In this document: one piece after another, positions 7,501 to 15,482 of the stretch
How the letters are laid out: the number at the start of each line of letters is the position of its first letter
How positions within the stretch are numbered: position 1 is the stretch's first letter
Assembly (NCBI RefSeq): GCF_028435265.1
Contig: NZ_JAGTJK010000012.1
Location: forward strand, 102,900 to 166,899
Direction: 5' to 3'
Length of the DNA: 64,000 nucleotides
Origin: Polyangium jinanense
Lineage (GTDB): Bacteria > Myxococcota_A > Polyangia > Polyangiales > Polyangiaceae
The notes under the pieces: model-generated
The model's input: only the letters and a program-made list of their open reading frames with translations
The model's database searches: none
What the model was told of the DNA's origin: nothing
Made by a program: the position numbers and the translations under genes

Positions 7501-9343
7501 TCGCGCGAGCGCGCGTGGCGCCTTCGTGGGCCGGATCCGATTGGCGCGCGCGATCGTACCCTTCGGCCGCGAGCTCCGCGTCGCCCGCGAGCTCGGCGAG
7601 GAGCGCGCTCGCCAGCGCGCTGTCGCGATCCCCGTCCTCTGCACCGCGCCACGCGGCGACGGCGCGGGCGACGTTCGCGCCAGCCTTCGACTCGAGGTCG
7701 AGCTCGAGCTTGAGCGCGCGGCCCGTGCCGCTGTCGGCGGCGTGCTCGGTGTAGCCGAGGATCGCCGCCGCGAGGGCGTCGTTCTCGCCGAGGGGCTTGC
7801 CGTCGGGGCGAGCGTCGGCGAGGGCGCGGCCGAGCGCCGCGGAAGCACGCGCGCTCGGGCTGCCAGCGCCGATGACGCTGCTCGAAGACGCGTCGGTTTC
7901 GCGGGAGGCCGCGCTCGCCGCGGCGAGCAGCGGCGCGAGCTCGTCGTCGCCCGCGGCCGCGTCGACGGCCTGGTCGAAGAGCTCGCGCGAGCCTCCGGTG
8001 AGCGCCGTCAAGGAGAGGCGGTCGGCAGCCGAGAACGCGATCGTGTCGCTGCCCTCGACGGCCGCGCGCGCCGCGGCGGCGTCGCCGAGCTCGATCGCGC
8101 GGGCCGCGAGGGCGCGCCGCGCGTCGGCGTCGTGCGTGCCGTCGAGCGCGCCGCGCAGGGCCTCGATCGAGCCCGGACGCGTGTCCTTGCGCGCGGCCGC
8201 GAGCATGCCCGCGAGCCAGCCCGCGCCGCCCTTGAGGGAGGCGGTGCTGCGCAGGCGCCCGAGGCTCGACACCGCGAGGGACACGTCGCCCGCTTCGAGC
8301 GCGGCGCGCGCGCGGAGGAGCGCGTCGTACGCGGAGACGACACCGCGGATGCCACGCGGCACCACGCCGCGGTGGATCGCGACCTGCGTGAACGCGTCGC
8401 GCAGCGCCGAGAGCTCGCTCGTTTCCGGCGCGCGAACCTTCGTGAAGGCGTCGTCGGCGCTGCCGAGCGCCTCGGAGAAGCGCTGCACGTGCGGGCGCGG
8501 ATCCGTGGGCAGCGAGCGCTGCGCGAGGTCCATGCGCTTCTGGGCGCCTTCCTCGTCCTCCTGGCGGATGCGCAGGACCTCGGCGCCGAGCACGGCGGCG
8601 TGGGCCCGCGCGGCCGGCGTCGGCGCGATGCGCGCCTCGGTGTCGAGCACCTCGATCGTGCCTTGCCAGTCCTGATCACGCGCGAGGAGCCCGCGGATCT
8701 GGCGATGCGCGAGCGGAGAGCTCGGCGCGAGCTCGCGCGCCTCGGCCGCGATCGCGCGCGCTGTCTGCTCCTCGCCCGCCATCGCGTAGATCTCGGACAC
8801 CGCCACGAGCGCTCGCGCGCGCGCGGCCTTGTCCTCCATCGCCTCGGCTTCGGCGCGCAGCCACGCGGCCCGCTCGGCCCACGCGTCACGCTGCTGCGTG
8901 CGCACGAGGTGCGCGCTCGCGTCCTGCTCGTCGTCGAACGTGGGCGCTCCCGCGACGGGCGCGCGCTCGCGCCGCGACGGCGCGATCGGCACGTCGTCCT
9001 CGGCTTCCACCTCGGCCACGACCGCGGCCACCGGCGTCTCCACGACGGAAGGTCCCGCGGGCGTCACCGCGTCGTGGGCGCTCGTGTCCGCGGCCGGCAG
9101 CGTGTTCGTCTCGTCGACGAGGGCCTCCACGAGCCCGTCGTCCTCGGGCCTCGTGGGCAACTCGTGCCGCACGTCCTCCTTCATGCGCGCGGTCACCTCG
9201 CCGATCTCCGGCTCGCTGCCGGAGTTCCGCAGCGACGCCATCAGCTCGTCGGGCACGTGCGCCATGATGGTCGCAGCGTCGTCGTCGTCGTCTTCGATCG
9301 CGTCCTCTGCGAGGTCGATCTCGTCGTCTTGGGGCTCGCTCAC
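4343..9343 (-). CDS. Giant TPR-repeat protein (~1666 aa) with an acidic N-terminus and a non-TPR C-terminal domain
   Basis: The ORF-track ORF 4343..11602 is trimmed. Upstream of 9343 its translation is Arg/Gly junk that overlaps the next gene in another frame. A GTG at 9343 is preceded by aaggatcaagg; an alternative ATG lies at 9265. The body consists of TPR-like A/L/E/R helical repeats. No signal peptide. Confidence 0.75.
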   Translation of the reverse strand: MSEPQDDEIDLAEDAIEDDDDDAATIMAHVPDELMASLRNSGSEPEIGEVTARMKEDVRHELPTRPEDDGLVEALVDETNTLPAADTSAHDAVTPAGPSVVETPVAAVVAEVEAEDDVPIAPSRRERAPVAGAPTFDDEQDASAHLVRTQQRDAWAERAAWLRAEAEAMEDKAARARALVAVSEIYAMAGEEQTARAIAAEARELAPSSPLAHRQIRGLLARDQDWQGTIEVLDTEARIAPTPAARAHAAVLGAEVLRIRQEDEEGAQKRMDLAQRSLPTDPRPHVQRFSEALGSADDAFTKVRAPETSELSALRDAFTQVAIHRGVVPRGIRGVVSAYDALLRARAALEAGDVSLAVSSLGRLRSTASLKGGAGWLAGMLAAARKDTRPGSIEALRGALDGTHDADARRALAARAIELGDAAAARAAVEGSDTIAFSAADRLSLTALTGGSRELFDQAVDAAAGDDELAPLLAAASAASRETDASSSSVIGAGSPSARASAALGRALADARPDGKPLGENDALAAAILGYTEHAADSGTGRALKLELDLESKAGANVARAVAAWRGAEDGDRDSALASALLAELAGDAELAAEGYDRARQSDPAHEGATRARATGADAATASSVLAGLAQSIEPGTRAALLLTEAAIRLLEVEVPDTSIDDERDKLLRGAAEIDARLPLSVHLGERTARGVGDRDGLIEWLHLRRQASEDPIEQARDFVREALITPEGAAHAAGLLAQALTARPDDIGLRELYERLSPERPADRAAWRAERAAASTGSDAARFSLEAALEYERDGDLEKAAALSRQAIAAGETLLAPLCAYRAALAGHGTSDLVDGLLQYARATEDSVERLQAYERLAELDEIGRGDAASGLLWRRTILEETPTHLPTLRRVASALIAGGRDEELEPVVFTLARTLEGPEAIAHAHLSARLRLRIHGWDETREPVEIAYRNEPRGLWALRQTAAHARARGDEATALEADLELANRTERASEIATLSLRAAESATRAGQTEKARELLEKAIELVPGHLVVHLERARALEQSGDFVGAATTLEAAAQTSATAEERVRNLYLAAVLWADKTSETERARGAFESVFAVDPSYLDVFQRLQAIYVASGARAELAALLERRLDAVTDPAERVEMEVLRGRALADVGDAAAAKQALAAALDQNPDHVEALTAFADVCAREDDWGGAEQAWIRLARLVAEPERQAELYMRLGDLYNGPLPNAERAELSYQEVLKRFANNEPARERLVDLYKNLGDTAKALEQQTILINNVEEPEAKCRRTTQLAEIYEAMGDLKKAEQTLLQARKTWPKDDVALGALASFYQRTDQAQAANVLLDRAVADARRALGTGRFEPYLFSTVATVADLRGRPEVARIARGSVAALDGGAVDLPGAGVAAGDLSLDELVAPDVMTPAFRDLLQRTGPMLDTAVPFDVTSVRATPFPPPQAHLAEEIKELARAYGIEDLKVLQSSTLGSVCVAASAHPPTIVLGAPLVAATNEAVRTFLVHRALKVVQANATAFARTAPIDLWPLLAAYLKALSPGFAPQGVDPAKLNDASARVAKALPASLDPQVRTLATDVIANIGNRASTLNTAVNGWGARAGLLAVGDPNIALTGIAWAGGHTNQPPASGKERLTWIGRNAEARELIVFSVSDAYADARARLGLD

Positions 9344-9375
9344 GGGACCTTGATCCTTTGCTCCAGAGTCGTGGC

Positions 9376-12300
9376 TCACCGGACACCCATGCCGAGCTTC
9401 TTGCGCAGCTCGAGGTAGCTGGGGGAAAGCACGAACGAGAGAAGGCGACGCGAGCGCTCGCTCTCGGTGACCACCGAGCCGAGCTGATCCCGCGGCACGC
9501 TCACGATGTCGCTCAGAACGATCGAGACGTCGCCGGCGGCGATCACCGCCATGCGATCCAGGCTGCGACGCGCCGCGTTCGTCCACGCGCGTGCATCCTG
9601 CTTGCTCGACACGACCTTCTGGCAGACCTCGCCGATGCTCTTGCGGATCTTGCGCGAGATCTCCTTGTGCACCGCGCGCTGGATCTCGCCGTAGACCGCG
9701 TAGCCGGGGTTTTGGACCTTGATGTCGACCTCGTTGCACGCCGCGATGACCACGGACGCGACCGTGGCCTCGTCGCGCGTGCGGAGCGAGGTGATCCCGC
9801 GCCGCAGGGCGAAGACCGTGCGTGCGATGGCCGAGCGCGCCGCCGCGTCGAGCGGCGTCGTGATCCCGGGCCCGACGACGATCGCGGGCACCTCGCCGGC
9901 GACGCCGTGCACGCCCTTCGGCTCGGGGCCGCCCACGTAGAGCTCGAAGTCGCCCTCGAAGCCCACCGCGCCCATCCACTCGGCGACCGCCACGCGCAGC
10001 GGGTGGCCGCCGCGCGAGTCGATGCGCTCCTTCTTGCCGACGTTCAGCGAGCCGAGCGTCGGGCCGAGCGCGAGCGTCACCGTCTCGGCCATGAGCACGA
10101 AGAGCTCCGCGATCGGGCCGTTGTCCTCCGGATCGGCGATCTCGGCCATGGCCTTCGCGTCGAGCACGATCTGCGGCCGCGTCGCGACGCGACCGTCGAT
10201 CCGTTTGAGCTCCGTCGAGATCGCGTCGTCGTCGCGACCGAGCGAGACGAGGCAGCCGAGCGTCGCCTGGCGGAGCGCCGCGTCCTGCCCGGCCTGCGCG
10301 ATCTTCGCGAGCCGCTCGACGCGGTCGGCGTCGCACGGATCCTCGGAGAGCTTCTGCACGAGCACGTTCTTCGCGCGGCCGAGCAGGCGCTGACGGAGCG
10401 ACGCCTCGTAGCTCGTGGTGAGCACGAGATCGAGCGCCTCGCCGTCGTCCGGCGACTCGTCGAGCAGCTTCACGACCGCGCTCTCGGCCTTGAGCGGATC
10501 GTTCTGCTTGTCGCGCCAGATGGCCATCGCGAGCCGCGCGGCCTCCATGCGACCCTCGCGCTTGTCGCGCTCCTGCATGAGCTGCTCGAGGATCGACGTC
10601 GCGCGCGACCACGCGCCCGTCTTCGCCGCGACGCGCGCGAGGCGCTCGCGCACGGGCGGCGTGGACAGGCCCGCCTCGTGGAGACCCACGAGCACCTTGA
10701 GCGCCTTCTCCGGGGCGTTCAGCTTGTTCTCGTAGATGTCCACCGCCGCGACGCCGGACATCAGCCGCTGCTGCGCCGGCGCCTCGCCGATGCCCGAGAG
10801 CCGACCGAGCAGGTCCGCCGCCTCGGCGAACTTGCCCATCGTGATCGAAATCTCGCCGGCGAGCGCGAGCGCGCCGACGTGATCGGGCTCGAGCATCGTG
10901 ACGTTCTCGAGCGCCGACAGCGCGCCCTCGCGATCGCCCTTCTTGCGAAGCACGCGCGCGCGCTCCCAGAAGAGCTTGCCGATTTCCGCCTCGTCGTCGG
11001 CCACGTCGAGACGGCGCCCGATGATGTCGAGCAGCTTGTCGTCCTCGTTGCGCGAACGGACGCGGCGGAAGAGTTTGTCGAAGGCGACCGAACGGCTCGG
11101 ATCCCGATCGAATGCGCGGGCGAACGCGATCTCCGCGTCGTCGTGCGCGTCGGTGTGATCGAGCAGGATGATGCCCGCGGACTCCCAGAACGCCGCGCCG
11201 CGCGTGTCGTCCTTGCTGAGGGCGCCGAGCTGCGCGAGCGCGAGCGCCGTGGAGACGTGGTCGCCGAGCGCCTCGCTCGCCGCGCGCACGCCCTCCCACG
11301 ACACGATGTCGTCCTGGCGGCGCTCGACGGCCGCGCGGAAGGTGGCGAGCGCCGCCTCCACGTTGCCCGCCGCGAGCTCCGACCAGCCGGAGAGCGCCGA
11401 AGCGTCGCTGCCCGCATCCTCGCCGAGCGCCCCGCCCACGTTCTGCAGGGCGAAGGCGCGGCGGCGCGGATCGCAGCCGGGCATCGCGAGCTCCAGGTTC
11501 GCGAGGCGCGTCGCGTCCGACGTGCCGGCGAGCAGGGGCTGCGGCGTGCTCGGCTGATCCAGCATCGCCACGAGCGCGGCCGACGCGTCCATCGCCGACC
11601 ACGGCTCGTCGTCGAGGAACGTTCCCACCGCGCGGCGCGCGGCCACCTCGGCATCACGATCCTTCGCGGCGAGCGCCGCCCCGAGCCACTCGAGCGCGGC
11701 GTAGAGCTTCGGCTCCGCGTCCGCCCAGGCCGCCGCGCGCGACACCGCCGCGCCCGGGTCCTGATCGACCGTGCGCGCAAGGCGATACCGCTCCGCGCGG
11801 GCGATCGCCGTCGCTTCGTCGCCCTGGTCTTCCAGACGATCGAGCGCGCGATCGATCGCCCCACGATCACTCTGCGCCTCGGGCCACGTCAGGCGCGCGA
11901 GCCCCGCGGCGACCGTGATGTCGCCCGAGCCCTCGGCCTCCGCCGTCTCCAGCGCCGTGAGCGCCTCGGGGCGGTCACCCGCCTCGCCCTGGCCCACCTC
12001 CAGGCCGAAGCGCTCGATCGCGATGCTCGCCGGATCGGCGCCCGCCTCCGCTGCCGTGAGCAGCGCGCGGCGACGACCGTCGAGGCTGTCGGGATCGGCC
12101 CCGCGCAGCGCCCACGCGAGCAGCGCCGCGGCCGCCTTCGACGCGCTGCCGCGCGCCTGCTCGATGAGCTCGATCGTCTTCTGCCGATCGCCGATCCGCC
12201 ACGTGAGAAGCGCGGCTTCCAGGTAGAGCGCGGCGCCGAGGTCGATGTCCTCGGTCGCCGTCGCGCATGCCGACAGGATGTTCGACGCGGCCGCGAGGTC

Positions 12301-14178
12301 CCCTGCGCGGCGCTCGAGGTCCGCGAGGAAAAGCGCCACCACCTCGTCCGACGGCTGCGCCTCGTGCAGCTCGCGCAGTCGCGCGCGCGCCGCATCGAGG
12401 TTGCCCGCGCGCGTGCTGCGCAGTGCAGCGACCACCCAGAGGCCCCGCGCGAGGCTCGGGTCCGTCTCGACCTTCGCGAGCTCCTCGATCGTCGCCGCGA
12501 TCGGGCGGAACGCGCTCACCTCGCCCGGCGCCGGCTTCTTCGCGCCGAGCGCGTAGGCCGCGAGCACACGCCCGAGCCACGTGGAGGCATCACCGTCGAG
12601 CGCCGCGAGCTTCGAGAACGCCTCGGCCGCGCCGTCCGCATCGCCTCGGATCGAGCGGCTCCGGCCGAGCTCGAACCAGAGGCTCGCCTCTTCGCCCGGC
12701 TCCGCGCCGCTCGCCACGAGCTCCGCCGTCACCTGCTCGTACCACGCCGCATCGCCCCGAACCGACGCGAGCGTGCGGGCGATCCGCGCGAGCAGCGGCG
12801 CCGGCGTACCGAGCGCCGCGGCCCGACCGAGCGCCGCCTTCGCGGCGTCCGAGTCTCCGGCCTGGCAGGCCCACACGTAGGCCGCGATGATCTCCGCGCG
12901 CGCCTTCGCCTCGTTCGTCGGGCACGACGCGCCCGAAGCTTCGAGCGATCGCGCGAGCGCCGCCGGATCCTGCGCGTCGCTCAAGAGGTCGAGCTCGAGC
13001 GCGCGCGCCATGATCGACGCCGGGTCTGCTTCGAGCGCGCTGCGCAGCGCGGCGAGTGCGCCATCCCGGTCGTTGTCGAGCATCGCCGCCTCGGCGATAC
13101 GCAGCCACAGCGCCGCCGCGGCCGGGCCCGGGGTGCCGCGCTCGAGCTCGGCCCGCGCGAGATCCGCCGCGCCCTTCGCGTCGCCGTTCGTCTCCAGCGA
13201 TGCGAGCCGCGAGCGCGCGATGAGCGACGACTGCGGGAGCTGCTCGGCGGCTCGCGCGAGCAGCTTCACCCAGCCTTCTTGATCCCCCGCGCGCCGCTTC
13301 AGCTCTGCCGCGCGCAGCCACGCGTCGGCTGCGTACTCGGCGCGCCGCGCGTAGCGGGGCACGCCGCTCGCGTCACCGCGCTCTGCGTCTTCGAGGGCCT
13401 CCTCGATGAGCTGCGCTTGACCTTCGAGGGCCCGCGCGAGCGCCGTCGTGTTGTCCTCCCGCGCCGCGATCGCTTCGAGCGTCACCTGCGACCGGAAACG
13501 GCCCTGACCATCCAGCGCGGCGGCGGCGTCGATCAGATCGTAGGCGCGCTGCGTGTCGCCGGCCTTCGCCGACAGCTCCGCGAGCTCGATGAACAGGAAC
13601 GCCTTCCACGTCGGATCGGATGCGAGCTCGGCGCGCGCCTCGATGGCGCGCATGCGGCCGGGCAGATCACCGTCCTTCGCCGCGATGAGCTCGAGCTCGA
13701 GCCACGGCGTCGGGTCCTCGGGGCTCGCGCCGACGGCCTCTTCGAGCGCTTCTTTTGCGCCCGGAAGATTCTGCTCGTAGTCCTGCAAGAACGCGGCGCG
13801 CTCCCAGAACGCGCGGGCACGCTCCTCCGGGGTCACGGAGGCGCGCGTCAGCGCTTCGAGCAGTTTCCCGAGGTTCTTGATGGACTTGCGTCGGGTCAAG
13901 ATCCGGACGAGAGCCTCGAGCGACTCGCGGTTTTGCGGATCCGCGTTGAAGGCGGCGAGGTAGTCCCGCGCGGCGGACGGCTCCTCCCCGTGCTTCTCTT
14001 CGAGGACGCCGCACTCGTGCAGGAGCAGCGCTTGGAGCGCGTTGTCCTCCTGCGCGGCGTGCTCGGACCGTAAACGATTGAGGAAGGCCGCCGCATCCTC
14101 GGCCTGCCCCGTGGGCATGGGTGTCTCTACCGTCATTGGGCTCGACGCGCCTCCCGCGGAGACGGGTTTCTGGTCCAT
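9376..14178 (-). CDS. Giant TPR-repeat protein (~1600 aa), paralogue of the downstream gene
   Basis: ORF 9376..14205 opens on TTG. The first ATG is at 14178 (MDQKPVSAGG...). The body is TPR-like repeats throughout. The C-terminal ~300 aa align by eye with the C-terminal domain of the 4343..9343 protein. The stop lies 32 nt upstream of the next start. Confidence 0.75.
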   Translation of the reverse strand: MDQKPVSAGGASSPMTVETPMPTGQAEDAAAFLNRLRSEHAAQEDNALQALLLHECGVLEEKHGEEPSAARDYLAAFNADPQNRESLEALVRILTRRKSIKNLGKLLEALTRASVTPEERARAFWERAAFLQDYEQNLPGAKEALEEAVGASPEDPTPWLELELIAAKDGDLPGRMRAIEARAELASDPTWKAFLFIELAELSAKAGDTQRAYDLIDAAAALDGQGRFRSQVTLEAIAAREDNTTALARALEGQAQLIEEALEDAERGDASGVPRYARRAEYAADAWLRAAELKRRAGDQEGWVKLLARAAEQLPQSSLIARSRLASLETNGDAKGAADLARAELERGTPGPAAAALWLRIAEAAMLDNDRDGALAALRSALEADPASIMARALELDLLSDAQDPAALARSLEASGASCPTNEAKARAEIIAAYVWACQAGDSDAAKAALGRAAALGTPAPLLARIARTLASVRGDAAWYEQVTAELVASGAEPGEEASLWFELGRSRSIRGDADGAAEAFSKLAALDGDASTWLGRVLAAYALGAKKPAPGEVSAFRPIAATIEELAKVETDPSLARGLWVVAALRSTRAGNLDAARARLRELHEAQPSDEVVALFLADLERRAGDLAAASNILSACATATEDIDLGAALYLEAALLTWRIGDRQKTIELIEQARGSASKAAAALLAWALRGADPDSLDGRRRALLTAAEAGADPASIAIERFGLEVGQGEAGDRPEALTALETAEAEGSGDITVAAGLARLTWPEAQSDRGAIDRALDRLEDQGDEATAIARAERYRLARTVDQDPGAAVSRAAAWADAEPKLYAALEWLGAALAAKDRDAEVAARRAVGTFLDDEPWSAMDASAALVAMLDQPSTPQPLLAGTSDATRLANLELAMPGCDPRRRAFALQNVGGALGEDAGSDASALSGWSELAAGNVEAALATFRAAVERRQDDIVSWEGVRAASEALGDHVSTALALAQLGALSKDDTRGAAFWESAGIILLDHTDAHDDAEIAFARAFDRDPSRSVAFDKLFRRVRSRNEDDKLLDIIGRRLDVADDEAEIGKLFWERARVLRKKGDREGALSALENVTMLEPDHVGALALAGEISITMGKFAEAADLLGRLSGIGEAPAQQRLMSGVAAVDIYENKLNAPEKALKVLVGLHEAGLSTPPVRERLARVAAKTGAWSRATSILEQLMQERDKREGRMEAARLAMAIWRDKQNDPLKAESAVVKLLDESPDDGEALDLVLTTSYEASLRQRLLGRAKNVLVQKLSEDPCDADRVERLAKIAQAGQDAALRQATLGCLVSLGRDDDAISTELKRIDGRVATRPQIVLDAKAMAEIADPEDNGPIAELFVLMAETVTLALGPTLGSLNVGKKERIDSRGGHPLRVAVAEWMGAVGFEGDFELYVGGPEPKGVHGVAGEVPAIVVGPGITTPLDAAARSAIARTVFALRRGITSLRTRDEATVASVVIAACNEVDIKVQNPGYAVYGEIQRAVHKEISRKIRKSIGEVCQKVVSSKQDARAWTNAARRSLDRMAVIAAGDVSIVLSDIVSVPRDQLGSVVTESERSRRLLSFVLSPSYLELRKKLGMGVR

Positions 14179-14385
14179 TGCATGCTGCGTGTGGAGACTA
14201 GCCAAACGGTGCGTCGGGAGTAAAGCGTGCTCGCGACGGATCGCGACGATCGCGCGCCTTGCCGCGATGCGCGGGTATTCCCGTGCGGCACGTGTTCGAC
14301 GCGGCCGGTCCCGATCGTGGGCGAGAGCCCCGCCCGTGGACCCCGGTGGGGGCGCCTTCCCGGCCTCGCCTGCTCGCTTGCTCGC

Positions 14386-14682
14386 TCAGGCCTTGCCGAG
14401 CATCGCGTCGAGCTTTTCGTGCAGCTTCGACTCGACCACGGGGCGCATCGCGCGGAGCAGGAGCGGCAGCTCCACCCGGATCCGCACGGCCTCCGCGGTC
14501 ACGCGCACCGACCCCCGCGTCCCCTTCGCAGGCCCGTTTGGCGCGTCGAGCCGGAGCTCGTCGCCCTCCCAGCGCCAGCGCACCCCGCGGCGTTGTTCCA
14601 GCCGCCTCGCCAGGTCCTCGGCGCGCCGCCGCGCCGCGTCCTCGCTCATGCCGTGGGGCCTCAGGATGTCGATCTGCGCCAT
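14386..14682 (-). CDS. Small polyhydroxyalkanoic-acid-system family protein-like (98 aa)
   Basis: The pattern MAQIDILRPHGMSEDAARRRAEDLARRLEQRRGVRWRWEGDELRL...VRVTAEAVRIRVELPLLLRAMRPVVESKLHEKLDAMLG matches my recollection of the putative PHA system protein family (H...A....E....L......W.W.GD.L.F.....G.i.v....v.i...L). Confidence 0.55.
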   Translation of the reverse strand: MAQIDILRPHGMSEDAARRRAEDLARRLEQRRGVRWRWEGDELRLDAPNGPAKGTRGSVRVTAEAVRIRVELPLLLRAMRPVVESKLHEKLDAMLGKA

Positions 14683-14707
14683 CGCGTCCGTCCCCTTCGT
14701 ATCGTGC

Positions 14708-15298
14708 CTACTCGATCCGTGTCACGATCCAGTAGCCGCGCGGCGTGTCGACGACCTCGCTCACCGCGCCCTTGGCCAGGCTGAAGAGAACATACTCCGG
14801 CGCGGGCTCCAAAATTCCGCGCGGCAGCCGCCCCGCGTTCTCCATCGAGCCCTTGTCGCCCTTCGCCACCGCCGCCTTGAAGTCCGTCTTCGCCTCCTCG
14901 GCGAGCTGCTTGGCGAGCGTCAGCGCCTCCTCGCGCGGCCGCGCGTTCGGGAGCGCGCCCTGCGCGCCCTTGTACTGCACGAGGATCACCCCGAACACGA
15001 CCGACTTCGGCACCTCACCCGCGAGGGGCGGCGGCGCCTCGCCCGTGAGCAGCAACGTCCCGCCCGCGTCGACCGGACCCGCCGGTTCCACCTCGCTGCC
15101 AGGCTCGCCGCTCGCGCCTGCATCCGAGGGCTCCGCGCCTCCGTCCGCCGCCGTCGCCGCGCCCGCGTCGCTCGGCGCGCCTGCATCGGCCGTCGCCGTC
15201 TCGGTGGACGGGCTTCCGCCGCGACCGCGCGGGACGACGACGAGCGCGATGGCCCCGAGGACCAACACGGCGAAGAGGAAGGCGGTCGCTTTCTGCAT
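14708..15298 (-). CDS. Secreted parvulin-type peptidyl-prolyl isomerase (PpiC/SurA-like rotamase domain)
   Basis: 196 aa with an N-terminal TM/signal segment (FLFAVLVLGAIALVVV) and an Ala/Gly/Asp-rich linker. The C-terminal VILVQYKGA...DFKAAVAKGDKGS...AGRLPRGILEPAPEYVLFSLAKGAVSEVVDTPRGYWIVTRIE resembles a parvulin domain. Confidence 0.6.
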   Translation of the reverse strand: MQKATAFLFAVLVLGAIALVVVPRGRGGSPSTETATADAGAPSDAGAATAADGGAEPSDAGASGEPGSEVEPAGPVDAGGTLLLTGEAPPPLAGEVPKSVVFGVILVQYKGAQGALPNARPREEALTLAKQLAEEAKTDFKAAVAKGDKGSMENAGRLPRGILEPAPEYVLFSLAKGAVSEVVDTPRGYWIVTRIE

Positions 15299-15482
15299 GG
15301 GGCGAGCGCGTTAGCATATTTCCCCGGCCCAGCGGAAGCGAGAGGCGCGAATCCACGCCGCTCGGCCGCCCGCTCGGCCCGCGCTCGCCGCCCTCCTCGT
15401 GTCGCAAAAGAGCCGCGAAGCCTCAAACCCTGGTAGAAGTGAGCAACGCGAACCATCGCGCGCCCCAGGGCCCCTCGAAGGC

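Noticed and set aside
6251-9418. 1055-aa + strand ORF, and similar ones at 5821..7848(-), 7797..8675(+) and 8008..8889(-)
   Set aside because: These are antisense or off-frame shadow ORFs inside the TPR gene. Their Arg/Ala/Gly/Ser-dominated composition with no motifs is typical of high-GC DNA.
9344-11602. 5' extension of track ORF 4343..11602 (2419 aa)
   Set aside because: Upstream of 9343 the translation is Arg/Gly/Ala junk (MVGDGRVGRARGDAG...). It overlaps the well-formed TPR gene 9376..14178 in another frame. A GTG with an RBS sits right after that gene's stop.
9358-14073. 1571-aa + strand ORF
   Set aside because: It is the antisense shadow of the 9376..14178 TPR gene. Its composition is extremely Arg/Leu/Glu/Asp-rich and there is no start context.
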